NCBI GenBank assembly: GCA_964291295.2
Contig: OZ219754.1
Location: forward strand, 2,112,001-2,176,000
Reading direction: 5' to 3'
Length of the DNA: 64,000 bases
Origin: an uncultured Candidatus Binatia bacterium
GTDB taxonomy: Bacteria; Desulfobacterota; Binatia; UBA9968; JAJDTQ01
Shown here: positions 1 to 9,417 of the stretch, one piece after another
How the letters are laid out: each line of letters opens with the position of its first letter
Numbering within the stretch: the stretch's first letter is position 1
The notes under the pieces: model-generated
What the model saw: the letters and a program-made list of their open reading frames with translations, nothing else
Told to the model about the DNA's origin: nothing
Databases searched by the model: none
Made by a program: the position numbers and the translations under genes

Positions 1-654
1 TCTGGAACATTCCAGCAGGTCGAGGGCTCCCGGCCGGAGTTCCAGCACCAGAGGCTGGCGCCTTCCGCGCGAGGCAAGGACGGCAAGCGACCCAGGCCGT
101 TGGGACACCGGCTCGCCCGCTCGGGCGGGCTCGAACAGCGGCCGCACGTCGTACCGGCAGTGGACCAGGAGTGCGCACGGATGGGTGCGGTACCACAGGC
201 CGGCCGACGGTTGCGGACGCGCCATCAGCGCCTTGCGTTCCATGGCCGTGGGCCGAAGGGTTCGGGCTTCCGACAGGGCCAACTCGAGGGCCGCGACGTC
301 GGCCGCCCAGGCCGGGGTCGGCGGTTCCTGGGCGCTTCTTGCCACGAAGTGGTCATGAAAACACTTGGCGTCCGGGTAGCGTTCGTAGGTTTCGGGCGGA
401 CAGGTGGCCGCAAAGTCGCGCAGGAGCGCCTCGAACCCGTGTCCCAGCAGGGTTGCGGTGCGCGCGAATGTCTGGCGGATGCGCTTCATGCGCTTGTTGT
501 AGGAAAACTCCGCCTCCAGTCGCAGCCGCCGCAAGTCCATGCCCCGAAGGGCCGGTTCCAGGGCCGCGCTCTCCAGGTCGCGAGTGCCGAAGATGAAGGC
601 ATGGCTGGTCAGATGACGCAGCAGATTCGTCTGCATGCCGATGAGTCTATCCAT
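1..654 (-). CDS. DUF2063/HvfC-like partner protein of MNIO (partial, runs off the window start)
   Basis: Not in the ORF track. Read manually from ATG 654, overlapping the DUF692 stop: MDRLIGMQTNLLRHL...KRIRQTFARTATLLGHGFEALLRDFAATCPP...WAADVAALELAL..., open to base 1. The pattern and position match MNIO partner proteins. Confidence 0.75.
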   Translation of the reverse strand, partial: MDRLIGMQTNLLRHLTSHAFIFGTRDLESAALEPALRGMDLRRLRLEAEFSYNKRMKRIRQTFARTATLLGHGFEALLRDFAATCPPETYERYPDAKCFHDHFVARSAQEPPTPAWAADVAALELALSEARTLRPTAMERKALMARPQPSAGLWYRTHPCALLVHCRYDVRPLFEPARAGEPVSQRPGSLAVLASRGRRQPLVLELRPGALDLLECSR

Positions 655-1522
655 GGTTCGCAGCCCTCTCTTTCATTCGGGTCTTCCGCACCTGCTGGCG
701 GATGCGCGCCACGTCGGCCAGGAGCTCCTCGCCCTCCTCGACGTCGTTGTCCCGCTCCAGGATCACCGTTCCCGGACGCTGTCGGTCAAGGGCGCTTCCC
801 AACAGGTCCAATGCCTGCTCCGGCACCGGGTGGCTGTGGCTGTCGGCGTGGAACGGCGCGTCGAGGTAGGGCCGGCGGACCAACGGCCCGCCGGCCGCGT
901 GAATCCCGGTCACCACGCCGCCGGGGAGCTGGTCCAGGAACGCCGCCGGATCGACGCCGTGGTTCCTGGAGTTGACGAACAGGTTCTCCACGTCCAGCAA
1001 CATCTTGACGCCGGTTTCGCGGAACAGCAGGTTGAAGAACTCCGCGTCGCTCATCTCGGCGTTCGGGAAGTCGAAGACGTAGGAAATATTCTCGATGGAG
1101 AACGGCACCGGCAGGCGCGTCTGGACCCGCCGGATCTTGGGAATGAGCATGTCCGAGGCGGCGCGGGTCTTGGGTACCGGCAGCAGGTTGGCGAGGTCGA
1201 TGCCCGGTACCTTGGTCCATGCCAGGTGTTCGCTGTAGGAGGGTACCTTGAGATCGTCGATGGCCTCGGCCACGCCGTCCAGATAACGCTCGTCGAGGGG
1301 TGCGTCGGTGCCGATGGAAAGGCCCACCCCGTGCAACACCAGCGGGATCCGGTCCACCAGGTTGCGAATCGCCTTGCGCGTGTATTCGCCGCCCTTGATG
1401 TAGTGGTCCACCGTGATTTCGAGGACATCGAATCGGTGCAGATTGGCCAGCGTCCAACGGGCGATGGGAACGCGAAATCCGATGCCGACGAGAGGGAATG
1501 CTTCCTGCAGTGCCGTGTTCAT
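647..1522 (-). CDS. DUF692 family multinuclear non-heme iron oxidase (MNIO)
   Basis: Motifs HGVGLSIG, YSEHLAW, LLPVP, IENI, LLDVENLFVN, IHAAGG, DSHS, LERD; GGAGG RBS. Confidence 0.95.
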   Translation of the reverse strand: MNTALQEAFPLVGIGFRVPIARWTLANLHRFDVLEITVDHYIKGGEYTRKAIRNLVDRIPLVLHGVGLSIGTDAPLDERYLDGVAEAIDDLKVPSYSEHLAWTKVPGIDLANLLPVPKTRAASDMLIPKIRRVQTRLPVPFSIENISYVFDFPNAEMSDAEFFNLLFRETGVKMLLDVENLFVNSRNHGVDPAAFLDQLPGGVVTGIHAAGGPLVRRPYLDAPFHADSHSHPVPEQALDLLGSALDRQRPGTVILERDNDVEEGEELLADVARIRQQVRKTRMKERAANHG

Positions 1523-1709
1523 GCGACCTCCGGGTTCGATTCGTGAGTCACGCGCCGGTGCGCGCGGAGCGGGTGCCGGCGCACCTCGGGTGCCCGCAGG
1601 CCCCGCGCCGGCCTTGTGGAGCCGGACGCTGCCTGCAGCAATACTAATCGCTCGTTGGACGCTGAACTTTAGGATTCGAGGCGGGGGAGGCGCACGATTC
1701 GAGGCGGTG

Positions 1710-2720
1710 CTACCGCAGGTCCATGCCCACCACCTTCGCGGGGTTGCGGGTGCAGACGGTGTAGAGTTCGTCCGCGGTCAGGCCGAAGGCTTCCATGTAG
1801 CCCCGGATGAGGCGCATGGCTTCCACGGAGTCGGGGAACAGCGGCTCGCCGGCATCGCTCGACAGGGTGAAGTGCTCCACGCCCACCTCGCGGATGGTGT
1901 TGTACATGATCTGGGGATCGACGCCGAGAAGCGGCGACAGTTCGTCGAAGGTGAAGTTGAACAGCACGCCCAAGGGGGCGAGGGCCTTCATCTGCGCCAC
2001 CGACACGTCGAGAAACGGGCTGTAGGGATGGTCGATGACCAGCCGCCGGAGGCCGGCCTTGTCCGCCGCCTCGGCGATCTTGAAGATCTCCTTGTGGGTG
2101 GCGTGGCCGAAGAACAGTGTGACGTCCCGCTCCACGCACAGGCGGATGATGTCGCGCACCTCGGGCTTGAGTTCGCCCGAGTCGTCGAGATTGTAGTGTC
2201 CGTGCTCCAGGGCCTTCTCCCAGGACAGGGGGCCGATCCAGCCCTGGGCGTTCATGTCGTGCTCGATCAGCTCCCGGCGGCTGCCCACGATGTGCATCGT
2301 GTTGGCATGATTGAACACCGGCAGCCACAACGCGACGACGCCGGCGTCGATGGCCTTCTCGGCGAGCGCGGCGGACACCGGATCGTCATTCCGGCCGCAT
2401 ACGTAGCCGGCAAACAGGGTCACCGGCGCCCGGCTCTCCCGCGCGGCCCACTCGTCGAGTTGCTCCTGCAGCGCGCGGACCGCGGTTCCCGCGCTGCCGA
2501 CGATGGACTTGAACAGGATTCCCTTCATTTCGGCGCGTGATGCCTTCTTCACCAGGTCCAGAGCATCCTGTTGACCGGCGTGGGCGTGGGCGTGGATGTC
2601 GATGGCGTCCTTGACCCGGACATGCCCCGGATGGACCACTCCCGGCTTGTACTGGGTGCGCGCCGCGTAAGAGGTGACGCACCGCTCCCGGGTCGGGGTC
2701 GAGACCACATTCGCGCTCAT
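1710..2720 (-). CDS. Amidohydrolase-fold metal-dependent protein (DUF6282-like)
   Basis: IDIHAH, FGH, IDHP, LSSDAG and CTRNPA motifs; start reassigned to MSANVV (ATG 2720) after a GGAG RBS. Confidence 0.8.
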   Translation of the reverse strand: MSANVVSTPTRERCVTSYAARTQYKPGVVHPGHVRVKDAIDIHAHAHAGQQDALDLVKKASRAEMKGILFKSIVGSAGTAVRALQEQLDEWAARESRAPVTLFAGYVCGRNDDPVSAALAEKAIDAGVVALWLPVFNHANTMHIVGSRRELIEHDMNAQGWIGPLSWEKALEHGHYNLDDSGELKPEVRDIIRLCVERDVTLFFGHATHKEIFKIAEAADKAGLRRLVIDHPYSPFLDVSVAQMKALAPLGVLFNFTFDELSPLLGVDPQIMYNTIREVGVEHFTLSSDAGEPLFPDSVEAMRLIRGYMEAFGLTADELYTVCTRNPAKVVGMDLR

Positions 2721-2846
2721 CGTTCGTCTCCCTTCCGTTCGGGTCGAGGTGCCGTCTGATGTCGGGGCACAGCCCGACAGGGCTTGCCGTACACCACGAT
2801 TCCGATAGATAGTAGTCCGTCGAAACCCGAAACGAAAGAGGAGGGC

Positions 2847-3854
2847 ATGGGGCCTCTCACTCCGCTTCAGGCGTCCGTCGTGCTGGGCCTTGTGCTCGGC
2901 GCCATCTACGGTGTGCTGGCGCAGCGCAGCCGGTTCTGTCTCCGCCGCGGTCTGGTCGGAGACGGGGGCGGATGCCTGCCGGCGTTCGGCGTGTGGATCC
3001 TGGGGCTGGCCTCGGCGATTGCCGGGACCCAGGGTGCGGTGGCCGCGGGATGGCTTTCCTTCGACGCGCACCGGTTCCTCGCTCTTGACCTTCCGGTCGT
3101 TTCGGTCCTCTTGGGCGGAGCGCTGTTCGGCACCGGCATGGTGCTCAGCGGCGGCTGCGCCTCCCGCCTCACGGTTCTCGCCGGCACCGGCAACCTGCGG
3201 GCAGCTCTCGTCCTGGTGGTCTTTGCGGTCGTCGCCTACGCCGCGATGAAAGGTGTGCTGGCGCCGCTGCGCACCACACTCGGCGGGTGGACCGTTGATC
3301 CGGGAGGCAGGGTGGCGTTGACCGCCTTGCCCGGCGGCGCCGTCTGGATCTGGGGCCTGGCGCTCGCGGCCGCGGCCATGGCATGGCGCTCCGGTGCATC
3401 GCCGCGCCACCTGGTGATGGCCGCGGTGATCGGGCTTCTGGTGCCGGCGGGATGGGTCGGCACCGGCCTTGTCCTCCTGGACGATTTCGATCCGGTGCCG
3501 TTGCAGTCGCTGGGATTTACCAGGCCCATGGCCGACACCTTGTTCTGGACCATGGCGGCGACGGCCATTCCCGCGGGGTTCGGTACGGGCCTTGTGGCTG
3601 GCGTGATCGCCGGCAGCGCGGTGGCTGCGGTTTCAGCGGGCGAGTTCCGCTGGAGCAGCCTGGAAGGGCCGCGTCAGACCGGCCGCTACCTTGCGGGCGC
3701 CGCACTGATGGGAACGGGCGGTGTCCTGGCGGGTGGCTGTACGGTGGGGGCCGGATTGTCCGGGATATCGACCGGCAGCATCGCCGCGGTCCTGGCGCTG
3801 GCGGCCATGGCGGTGTCCGCAAGGGTCGTCGGAAGGCTTCTCGCGGCAGAGTGA
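2847..3854 (+). CDS. YeeE/YedE family sulfur-compound transporter
   Basis: RSRFCL, GMVLSGGCAS and LAGGCTVG motifs; multiple TM helices; GAGG RBS before ATG 2847. Confidence 0.9.
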   Translation: MGPLTPLQASVVLGLVLGAIYGVLAQRSRFCLRRGLVGDGGGCLPAFGVWILGLASAIAGTQGAVAAGWLSFDAHRFLALDLPVVSVLLGGALFGTGMVLSGGCASRLTVLAGTGNLRAALVLVVFAVVAYAAMKGVLAPLRTTLGGWTVDPGGRVALTALPGGAVWIWGLALAAAAMAWRSGASPRHLVMAAVIGLLVPAGWVGTGLVLLDDFDPVPLQSLGFTRPMADTLFWTMAATAIPAGFGTGLVAGVIAGSAVAAVSAGEFRWSSLEGPRQTGRYLAGAALMGTGGVLAGGCTVGAGLSGISTGSIAAVLALAAMAVSARVVGRLLAAE

Positions 3855-3882
3855 GCGCGGGCAGGCCCCAAGGGCCTGCCCG

Positions 3883-5169
3883 TCACCCGAACAGGTCCCG
3901 GGAAAAGCCCGAGTACCAGCCGAGCGACTCCTCGTAGGTTGCCTTGCGCGTTTCGGTGCTCTCTCCGGTCTGCGAGATGAAGCCGTCGGTCTTGGCGATC
4001 TTCTCGTCGGTGGCCCGGTAGGAGGCGCCGACCTTCACTCCGTCATCGGTTCCGATCAGCGACCAGCAGGTGTTCGAGAAACGGGCCGGAAATACTTTCG
4101 AGCCCGTCAGTGCCCCGCGTACGGCCATGGCGCACACCTTGGCCTGGCTGTTGGCGGAGAAGCCGGACTTCGGCATGTCGCCTTGCTGCGAAGCGTCGCC
4201 GAGCACATGGATGTTGTCGTCCGCCCGGCTTTGCATGGTATGCGGCACCACCGGAACCCAGCCGCCCTCGTTGGTGATCCCGGCAACCGCGGCGATACGC
4301 CCCGCCTGCTGCGCCGGAATGACGTTGCAGACGTCCACCCGGGTCACCTCGCCGTCGATCACCACCTCCATCGAGCCCGGCCGCACTTCGACCCGGTCGC
4401 CGCCGAAGTCCGGGCCGACCCGCTCGATCATGCCCGGGTAGTGGCGCTGCCAACCGTCCTCGAAGAGCGCTTGCTTGGAAAATTTCGCCTTCGGGTCGAC
4501 GATCAGGATCTTTGCCGTGGGGTTGTCCCGTTTCAGTGTGTGGGCCACCATCGAGACCCGTTCGTACGGTCCCGGCGGGCAGCGGAACGGATTCGGCGGT
4601 GCCACCATGCAGTAGATCCCGCCCTTGCGCATCGCCGCGACCTGCGCCTTGAGGAGCTGTGTTTGCGAGCCTGCCTTGTAGGCGTGGGGCATCCGGTTCT
4701 GCTGCGACAGGTCCCAGCCGCGCACCGAGTTCGGACGGAAGTCGATGCCGGGCGACAGCACCAGCCGATCGAAGGCAAGGCTGCCGCCGCCCGCCAGGCC
4801 CACCGTCCGGCGGTCGCGGTCGACGGCGACGGCCCAGTCGTGAACGACGTTGATCCCGTAGGCCGCTGCCAGGGTTCCGTAGCTGTGACCGAGGGAGGCG
4901 AAATCACGGAAGTCCCCCAGGTAGAGGTTCGAGAAGAAACATGAGTAATAGTGCCGAGCGGGTTCCACAAGAGTGACATCGATGCCCCCTTTCGAGTCCT
5001 TGGCGATGTAGCGGGCCGCGGTCGCGCCGCCGGCGCCGCCGCCGATCACCACCACCCGCGGACGGCTCTTCCCGAGGATGGGGGCTGTCCACAATGCCGT
5101 CGATGCGGCAAGCGTCGATGCCAGGAAGCGGCGGCGAGTCATGTCGCGGTTCTTGTCTTGCTGTTCCAT
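3883..5169 (-). CDS. soxF: Flavocytochrome c sulfide dehydrogenase flavoprotein (SoxF/FccB)
   Basis: Tat signal RRRFL, VVVIGGGAGG, CPPGPYER, MPKSGFSANSQAK, NTCWS. Confidence 0.9.
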   Translation of the reverse strand: MEQQDKNRDMTRRRFLASTLAASTALWTAPILGKSRPRVVVIGGGAGGATAARYIAKDSKGGIDVTLVEPARHYYSCFFSNLYLGDFRDFASLGHSYGTLAAAYGINVVHDWAVAVDRDRRTVGLAGGGSLAFDRLVLSPGIDFRPNSVRGWDLSQQNRMPHAYKAGSQTQLLKAQVAAMRKGGIYCMVAPPNPFRCPPGPYERVSMVAHTLKRDNPTAKILIVDPKAKFSKQALFEDGWQRHYPGMIERVGPDFGGDRVEVRPGSMEVVIDGEVTRVDVCNVIPAQQAGRIAAVAGITNEGGWVPVVPHTMQSRADDNIHVLGDASQQGDMPKSGFSANSQAKVCAMAVRGALTGSKVFPARFSNTCWSLIGTDDGVKVGASYRATDEKIAKTDGFISQTGESTETRKATYEESLGWYSGFSRDLFG

Positions 5170-5182
5170 GGCGGCTCCTCTT

Positions 5183-5905
5183 TCACGGACCGGTGACCGG
5201 CCCGGCGAAGTGCAGGGCGAGTGAGGCGATGTCCTCGTCGGACAAGCGTCTGGCGATGGTCTGCATGGCCTGGTGCCGCCGCTTGCCGTGCTTGTACGCT
5301 TGCAAAGTTATCACGAAGTCATGGACCGGCCAACCGATAATGGAGGGTATGCCGTCATCGGCTCCGTCGGTCCGGTGGCAGGTAGTGCATTCGGTGGCGA
5401 GATAGGCGCCGTATTCGGGATCTCCCGGGACTGCGAGAAGGCGCGAGTCGAGGCCGTATTCGGCCGCGGTCAGGGTCGGTTCCGCAGCCCGCAGTCCAGC
5501 CCGGGAGCCGGAGAGCGCGCGCAGCCACGCCACCAGGTCGGCCCGGTCCCCGGCCGCCGCCATGCCGTCATAACTCATGCGTGAGCGCGGCACCATCACC
5601 CGAGGGTTGGCCAGAAAGGCGTTCAGCGTTGCCTCGCTCCAGACCAGCCCGCCCGCCCCGGCCTTCTTCATTGCCGAGGAGTAACGGAAGTCCGCGAGCG
5701 AACCGGCGCGGCGCCCGAATACGTCGTTCAGGTGCGGCCCGATCCGGTGCTGCGCGCCCTGGCCGGCCTGATGGCAGCGTCTGCACTCCTGATAGAGGGC
5801 GTTGCCGCGTCGGGCGTCCGCGCCGTGGGCCACGGTGGCTGCGAGAACCGCAAGAAGAGCCAGCACGGGCATTGCGAAGCCCGCGGGTTTCGTGATGCCC
5901 GTCAT
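5183..5905 (-). CDS. soxE: Diheme c-type cytochrome (SoxE-like)
   Basis: Signal peptide; CRRCH and CTTCH heme motifs; cytochrome c2-like GPHLNDVFGR; lies between soxZ and soxF. Confidence 0.75.
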   Translation of the reverse strand: MTGITKPAGFAMPVLALLAVLAATVAHGADARRGNALYQECRRCHQAGQGAQHRIGPHLNDVFGRRAGSLADFRYSSAMKKAGAGGLVWSEATLNAFLANPRVMVPRSRMSYDGMAAAGDRADLVAWLRALSGSRAGLRAAEPTLTAAEYGLDSRLLAVPGDPEYGAYLATECTTCHRTDGADDGIPSIIGWPVHDFVITLQAYKHGKRRHQAMQTIARRLSDEDIASLALHFAGPVTGP

Positions 5906-5927
5906 CGGGCGCCGGTTACCGGGAAGG

Positions 5928-6257
5928 TCACGAGCGGACCTCGATGCGTCTGCGGATGCGGTATGTCGAGCCGTCGTCATCCGTCCATTCGAACTCCAGT
6001 TCGCCGGACTCCTGGACGGCCATCTCGAACTGGATGTAGGGATCGGCGGACACCGCCGGCTCGAGGTCCACGGCGAGGACCGTCTCGCCGTTGTAACGGG
6101 CCACGAACCGGTTGACGATCTGGCGGGGGATTCGTTTCCCGTCCCGGCCGAGCCGCAGCCCGGTGTGCATCGGGTGGGTGATTCGCGTCTTTACGGTGAA
6201 CGCGACGCCCGCGGCCACCGATCGCGGCAGCTTGATGCGCGGCTTGGGTTTCAGCAT
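5928..6257 (-). CDS. soxZ: Sulfur carrier SoxZ
   Basis: ITHPMHTGLR...GKRIPR, VSADPY, WTDDDG. Confidence 0.92.
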   Translation of the reverse strand: MLKPKPRIKLPRSVAAGVAFTVKTRITHPMHTGLRLGRDGKRIPRQIVNRFVARYNGETVLAVDLEPAVSADPYIQFEMAVQESGELEFEWTDDDGSTYRIRRRIEVRS

Positions 6258-6267
6258 CCGGCCGGTC

Positions 6268-6708
6268 CTACCCGCAGCCGCCCACCGTGACGATGATCGG
6301 GCGGGATGTCGTGCGAAACGTGCCGTCCGGCATCTCCGCGACGGCGATCAGCCTCTGACTCCGGGCCAGCCGGACTCGGGTCATTGCCGCGGGGGTCACT
6401 CCCTTCCCGAAAGCAAAGACCGCGACGCCGGGATACGGATTGCGGTCCGTGAATACGGCGATGCGCCGGGCACCCTTGGCGGAAACCCGGACCGGCACGG
6501 CGTTTCCGTTATCGGCGATTTCCGGGGCTTCGATGCGGACGCCGCCCTTCACCGGCACCTTCCCCTTGGTGAACGTGGCGATGGCGTGGGAGGTATCGGC
6601 GGGGGCTGCCCGGACGATGCGGGCGGGGACGAAACCGGCCAGACCCGCGGCCAAGGCCGCCAGGGCCGCTCCAGTCAAGGAAAGTACCTCTCTGCGTGTG
6701 GCAGTCAT
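6268..6708 (-). CDS. soxY: Sulfur carrier SoxY
   Basis: Tat-like TRRE signal, APEIADNGNAVPV, C-terminal VTVGGCG swinging arm; ATG 6708. Confidence 0.93.
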   Translation of the reverse strand: MTATRREVLSLTGAALAALAAGLAGFVPARIVRAAPADTSHAIATFTKGKVPVKGGVRIEAPEIADNGNAVPVRVSAKGARRIAVFTDRNPYPGVAVFAFGKGVTPAAMTRVRLARSQRLIAVAEMPDGTFRTTSRPIIVTVGGCG

Positions 6709-6777
6709 GTCAAGTCTTTTTTCGATCCGGAGGTGACAGCCCGGCCAGCCTCTGGCGGGCGCGAGGGTCCGGCTGCC

Positions 6778-6822
6778 GCCAATACGGGTCTTGCCAATAC
6801 GGGTCTTGCCAATACGGGTCTT
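6778..6822. repeat. Perfect tandem repeat, 3 x 15 bp (GCCAATACGGGTCTT)
   Basis: Read directly in the divergent soxY/LLM intergenic region; bracketed by GGGTCC...GGACCC. Confidence 0.9.
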
Positions 6823-6937
6823 GCGGACCCGGGCCGCGCGGACGGGGGAAGCCGCGGTCCGCGAAGTCGTCGCTTGTCGCCCCCCGCAATCCACATTTAT
6901 ATTAGACGCTGGAAGTTCGGAACAAAAGAGGGCGCTC

Positions 6938-7918
6938 ATGAAATTCGGCCTGTTCATCATCGGGGATGACGACCCGGAGCTCCAGCTTGACCTCAAGGAC
7001 TACTACGAGAGGATGCTGGAGCAGGTTCGGTGGGGCGAGTCCTTGGGTTACGAGGGTTTCTGGTTCGGCGAGCACCACTTCGACTTCCACGGCGTCATCC
7101 CGTCGCCCACCGTGCTCCTGTCGGCGGCGGCCGCGTGCACCGATTCCATCCGTTTGGGAGTGGCGGTGGCGTTGCTGCCGTACCGGTCCCCGATACTCAC
7201 GGCCGAAGAGTACGCCATGGTCGACGTGCTCAGCGGCGGCCGTCTCGACTTCGGGGTGGGACGCGGCACGCCGCCCGAGCTCGCGGGTTTCGGCGTCAAG
7301 GGAGACAACCGGGACCGGCTGGTGGAGAGCCTCGAGGTCGTGGAAATGGCATGGCGCGAGGGGCGGGTATCCTGCCAAGGGCGGTTCCATCATATCGATG
7401 ACGTTGCGCTGAACGTGATGCCGGTGCAGCGGCCGACGCCGCCGGTGTACTTTGCCGCCCTGAGCCAGGGTTCCTGCCAGGTGGCGGGGGAGCGCGGTTA
7501 TCCCATCCTCGGGATCCCCTTCGCCAGCTGCAGGGACATGGCGGAGGTGAAGCGGAAGGTGGACTTCTACAAGGAGACCCTCGGCCGCTCGGGCCATGAT
7601 GCCGGCGCGCTGGACGTGGTCCAGACCATCCATGCCCACGTGGCCGAGTCCGACGCCGCCGCCCGACGCCGCGCCCGCCCCGCCATGAGCCGCTACTACG
7701 AGATGCGAAAGGCGATACGCCCCCGCGGCTACGACGAACTCGACCGCCAGCGCATGCTGATGGTCGGCGGCCCCGACCGCTGCGTCGAGCAGATACGGGA
7801 GATCGCCGACACCGGCGCCAACTACATCATCTTTTCCATGAACTTCGCCGGCCTGGATCAGAAGAGTGTTCTCGACTCCATGGCGATGATGGCCGAGGAG
7901 GTGCTGCCCAGGTTGTAG
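6938..7918 (+). CDS. LLM class flavin-dependent oxidoreductase
   Basis: MKFGLF, WFGEHHF, SGGRLDFGVGRG, PVQRPTPP. Confidence 0.93.
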   Translation: MKFGLFIIGDDDPELQLDLKDYYERMLEQVRWGESLGYEGFWFGEHHFDFHGVIPSPTVLLSAAAACTDSIRLGVAVALLPYRSPILTAEEYAMVDVLSGGRLDFGVGRGTPPELAGFGVKGDNRDRLVESLEVVEMAWREGRVSCQGRFHHIDDVALNVMPVQRPTPPVYFAALSQGSCQVAGERGYPILGIPFASCRDMAEVKRKVDFYKETLGRSGHDAGALDVVQTIHAHVAESDAAARRRARPAMSRYYEMRKAIRPRGYDELDRQRMLMVGGPDRCVEQIREIADTGANYIIFSMNFAGLDQKSVLDSMAMMAEEVLPRL

Positions 7919-8100
7919 GGAGCCGGGCGCGCGTCCCCGGCGGCGCGGTTCGACTTCAGGCATGAACCCGCCGACACCGGAAAGGCTGGCCGGGAGTCGG
8001 TTGACGTTCCGGCGTGTGCCTTTCGCGAAGACGCCGTGCGAGCCGGCAGCACAGGACGGGCCGATGGAGGGAAGGGGAGGAAAGGGCGAATGCGTCTGCC

Positions 8101-9417
8101 CTACGCCATCAGCCCCGGCAGCCAGGTGGCGAGGGGGGGAAACAGCATCACCAGTGCCAGCGCGATGATGTTGATGAGAACGAAGGGGACGACGCCACGG
8201 TAGATGGCGCCCAGGGTGACGTCGGGGGGAGAAACCCCCTGGAGGACGAAAAGGTTCATGCCGAAGGGCGGGGTGATGAGCGAGAGCTCGATATTGACCA
8301 TGGTGACGATGGCGAACCACAGGGGGTCGAGGCCAAGGGAGCGGATGACCGGGAAGAAGATCGGCACCGTGATGAGCATGATGGAGATGGGTTCCATGAA
8401 CGAGCCCATGAGCAGGATCACGATCTGCATGCTGGCGATGATGACCCACGGCGGCACCGGCAGTTCGGTGGCGAACATGGACAGGCCCATGGCGGCGCCG
8501 GAATGGGCCAGGATCTGGCTGAAGGCGGTTGCGCTGGTGACGATGAGGAGCGCGAACCCTGAAACCTCCACCGTCCCCAGCAGCGACTTTCGCAGGACTT
8601 CCCGCGACAGCCGCCGGTACGCCACCGTCAGGAAGAAGGCTCCGGCCACGCCCATGGCGGCGGACTCGCTGGGGGTGGCGACGCCCATGAAGATCGATCC
8701 CAGCACCAGCATCACCAGCACCACCAGCGGCAGGAAGTACCTGAGGGCCGTCAGCCGCTCGCCCCAGGACACCTTCTCCAGTTCCACGGCTGGAGCCAGT
8801 TGCGGCCGGATGGTACAGGCGACGACGATGTAGCCGAACAACAGCGTTGCCAGCAGCAGGCCCGGCAGGATTCCGCCGATCAGCAGGTCTCCGACCGAGA
8901 GCTGGCTGATGCCGCCGAAAATGACCATCAACGCGCTGGGAGGGATGAGCACCGCAAGTCCTCCGGAGGTGGCGAGCGTGCCCACGGCCAGGCCGGTGTC
9001 GTAGCCCTGCTTGCGCATTTCCGGAATCAGGATGGTGCCCAGGGTGGCGGAACTGGCCATGCTGGAGCCGCTGGCAGCTCCGAAGGCGGTTCCCGCCAGC
9101 ACGGCCATCACGGCCAGGCGGCCGGGCACGGCGCCCAGCCACTTGCCGATGGAGGTGATGGCGGTGGCGGCCAGTCCCGAGTGCAGCACCAGTTCACCCA
9201 TGAGCACGAACAGGGGCAAGGCGATGAACGCGAAGGTTCCGATGCTCGTGAAGCTGCTCAACGCCACGGCCTGGACCGCGCCCGTGCCCACCAGCAGGTA
9301 GAGGAAACCCAGGTTCAATACGCCGAACGCGAACGCGATCGGGATGCCCGACGCCATCAGCAGGACCAGGGAGCCGAACATCACGATCAGGACGATCCAC
9401 CACTCGAGGAGAATCAG
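8101..9417 (-). CDS. dctM: TRAP transporter large permease DctM
   Basis: ALPLFVLMG, SGSSMA, LIPPS, TPSESAA, ITPPFGMNLF. Start probably CTG 9417 (see findings). Confidence 0.92.
   Translation of the reverse strand: MILLEWWIVLIVMFGSLVLLMASGIPIAFAFGVLNLGFLYLLVGTGAVQAVALSSFTSIGTFAFIALPLFVLMGELVLHSGLAATAITSIGKWLGAVPGRLAVMAVLAGTAFGAASGSSMASSATLGTILIPEMRKQGYDTGLAVGTLATSGGLAVLIPPSALMVIFGGISQLSVGDLLIGGILPGLLLATLLFGYIVVACTIRPQLAPAVELEKVSWGERLTALRYFLPLVVLVMLVLGSIFMGVATPSESAAMGVAGAFFLTVAYRRLSREVLRKSLLGTVEVSGFALLIVTSATAFSQILAHSGAAMGLSMFATELPVPPWVIIASMQIVILLMGSFMEPISIMLITVPIFFPVIRSLGLDPLWFAIVTMVNIELSLITPPFGMNLFVLQGVSPPDVTLGAIYRGVVPFVLINIIALALVMLFPPLATWLPGLMA

Noticed and set aside
1710-3410. 566-aa version of the amidohydrolase ORF
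   Set aside because: The extension overlaps yeeE on the other strand; the real start is at 2720.
6778-6822. Possible CRISPR array
   Set aside because: Repeats are contiguous with no spacers, and there are no cas genes.
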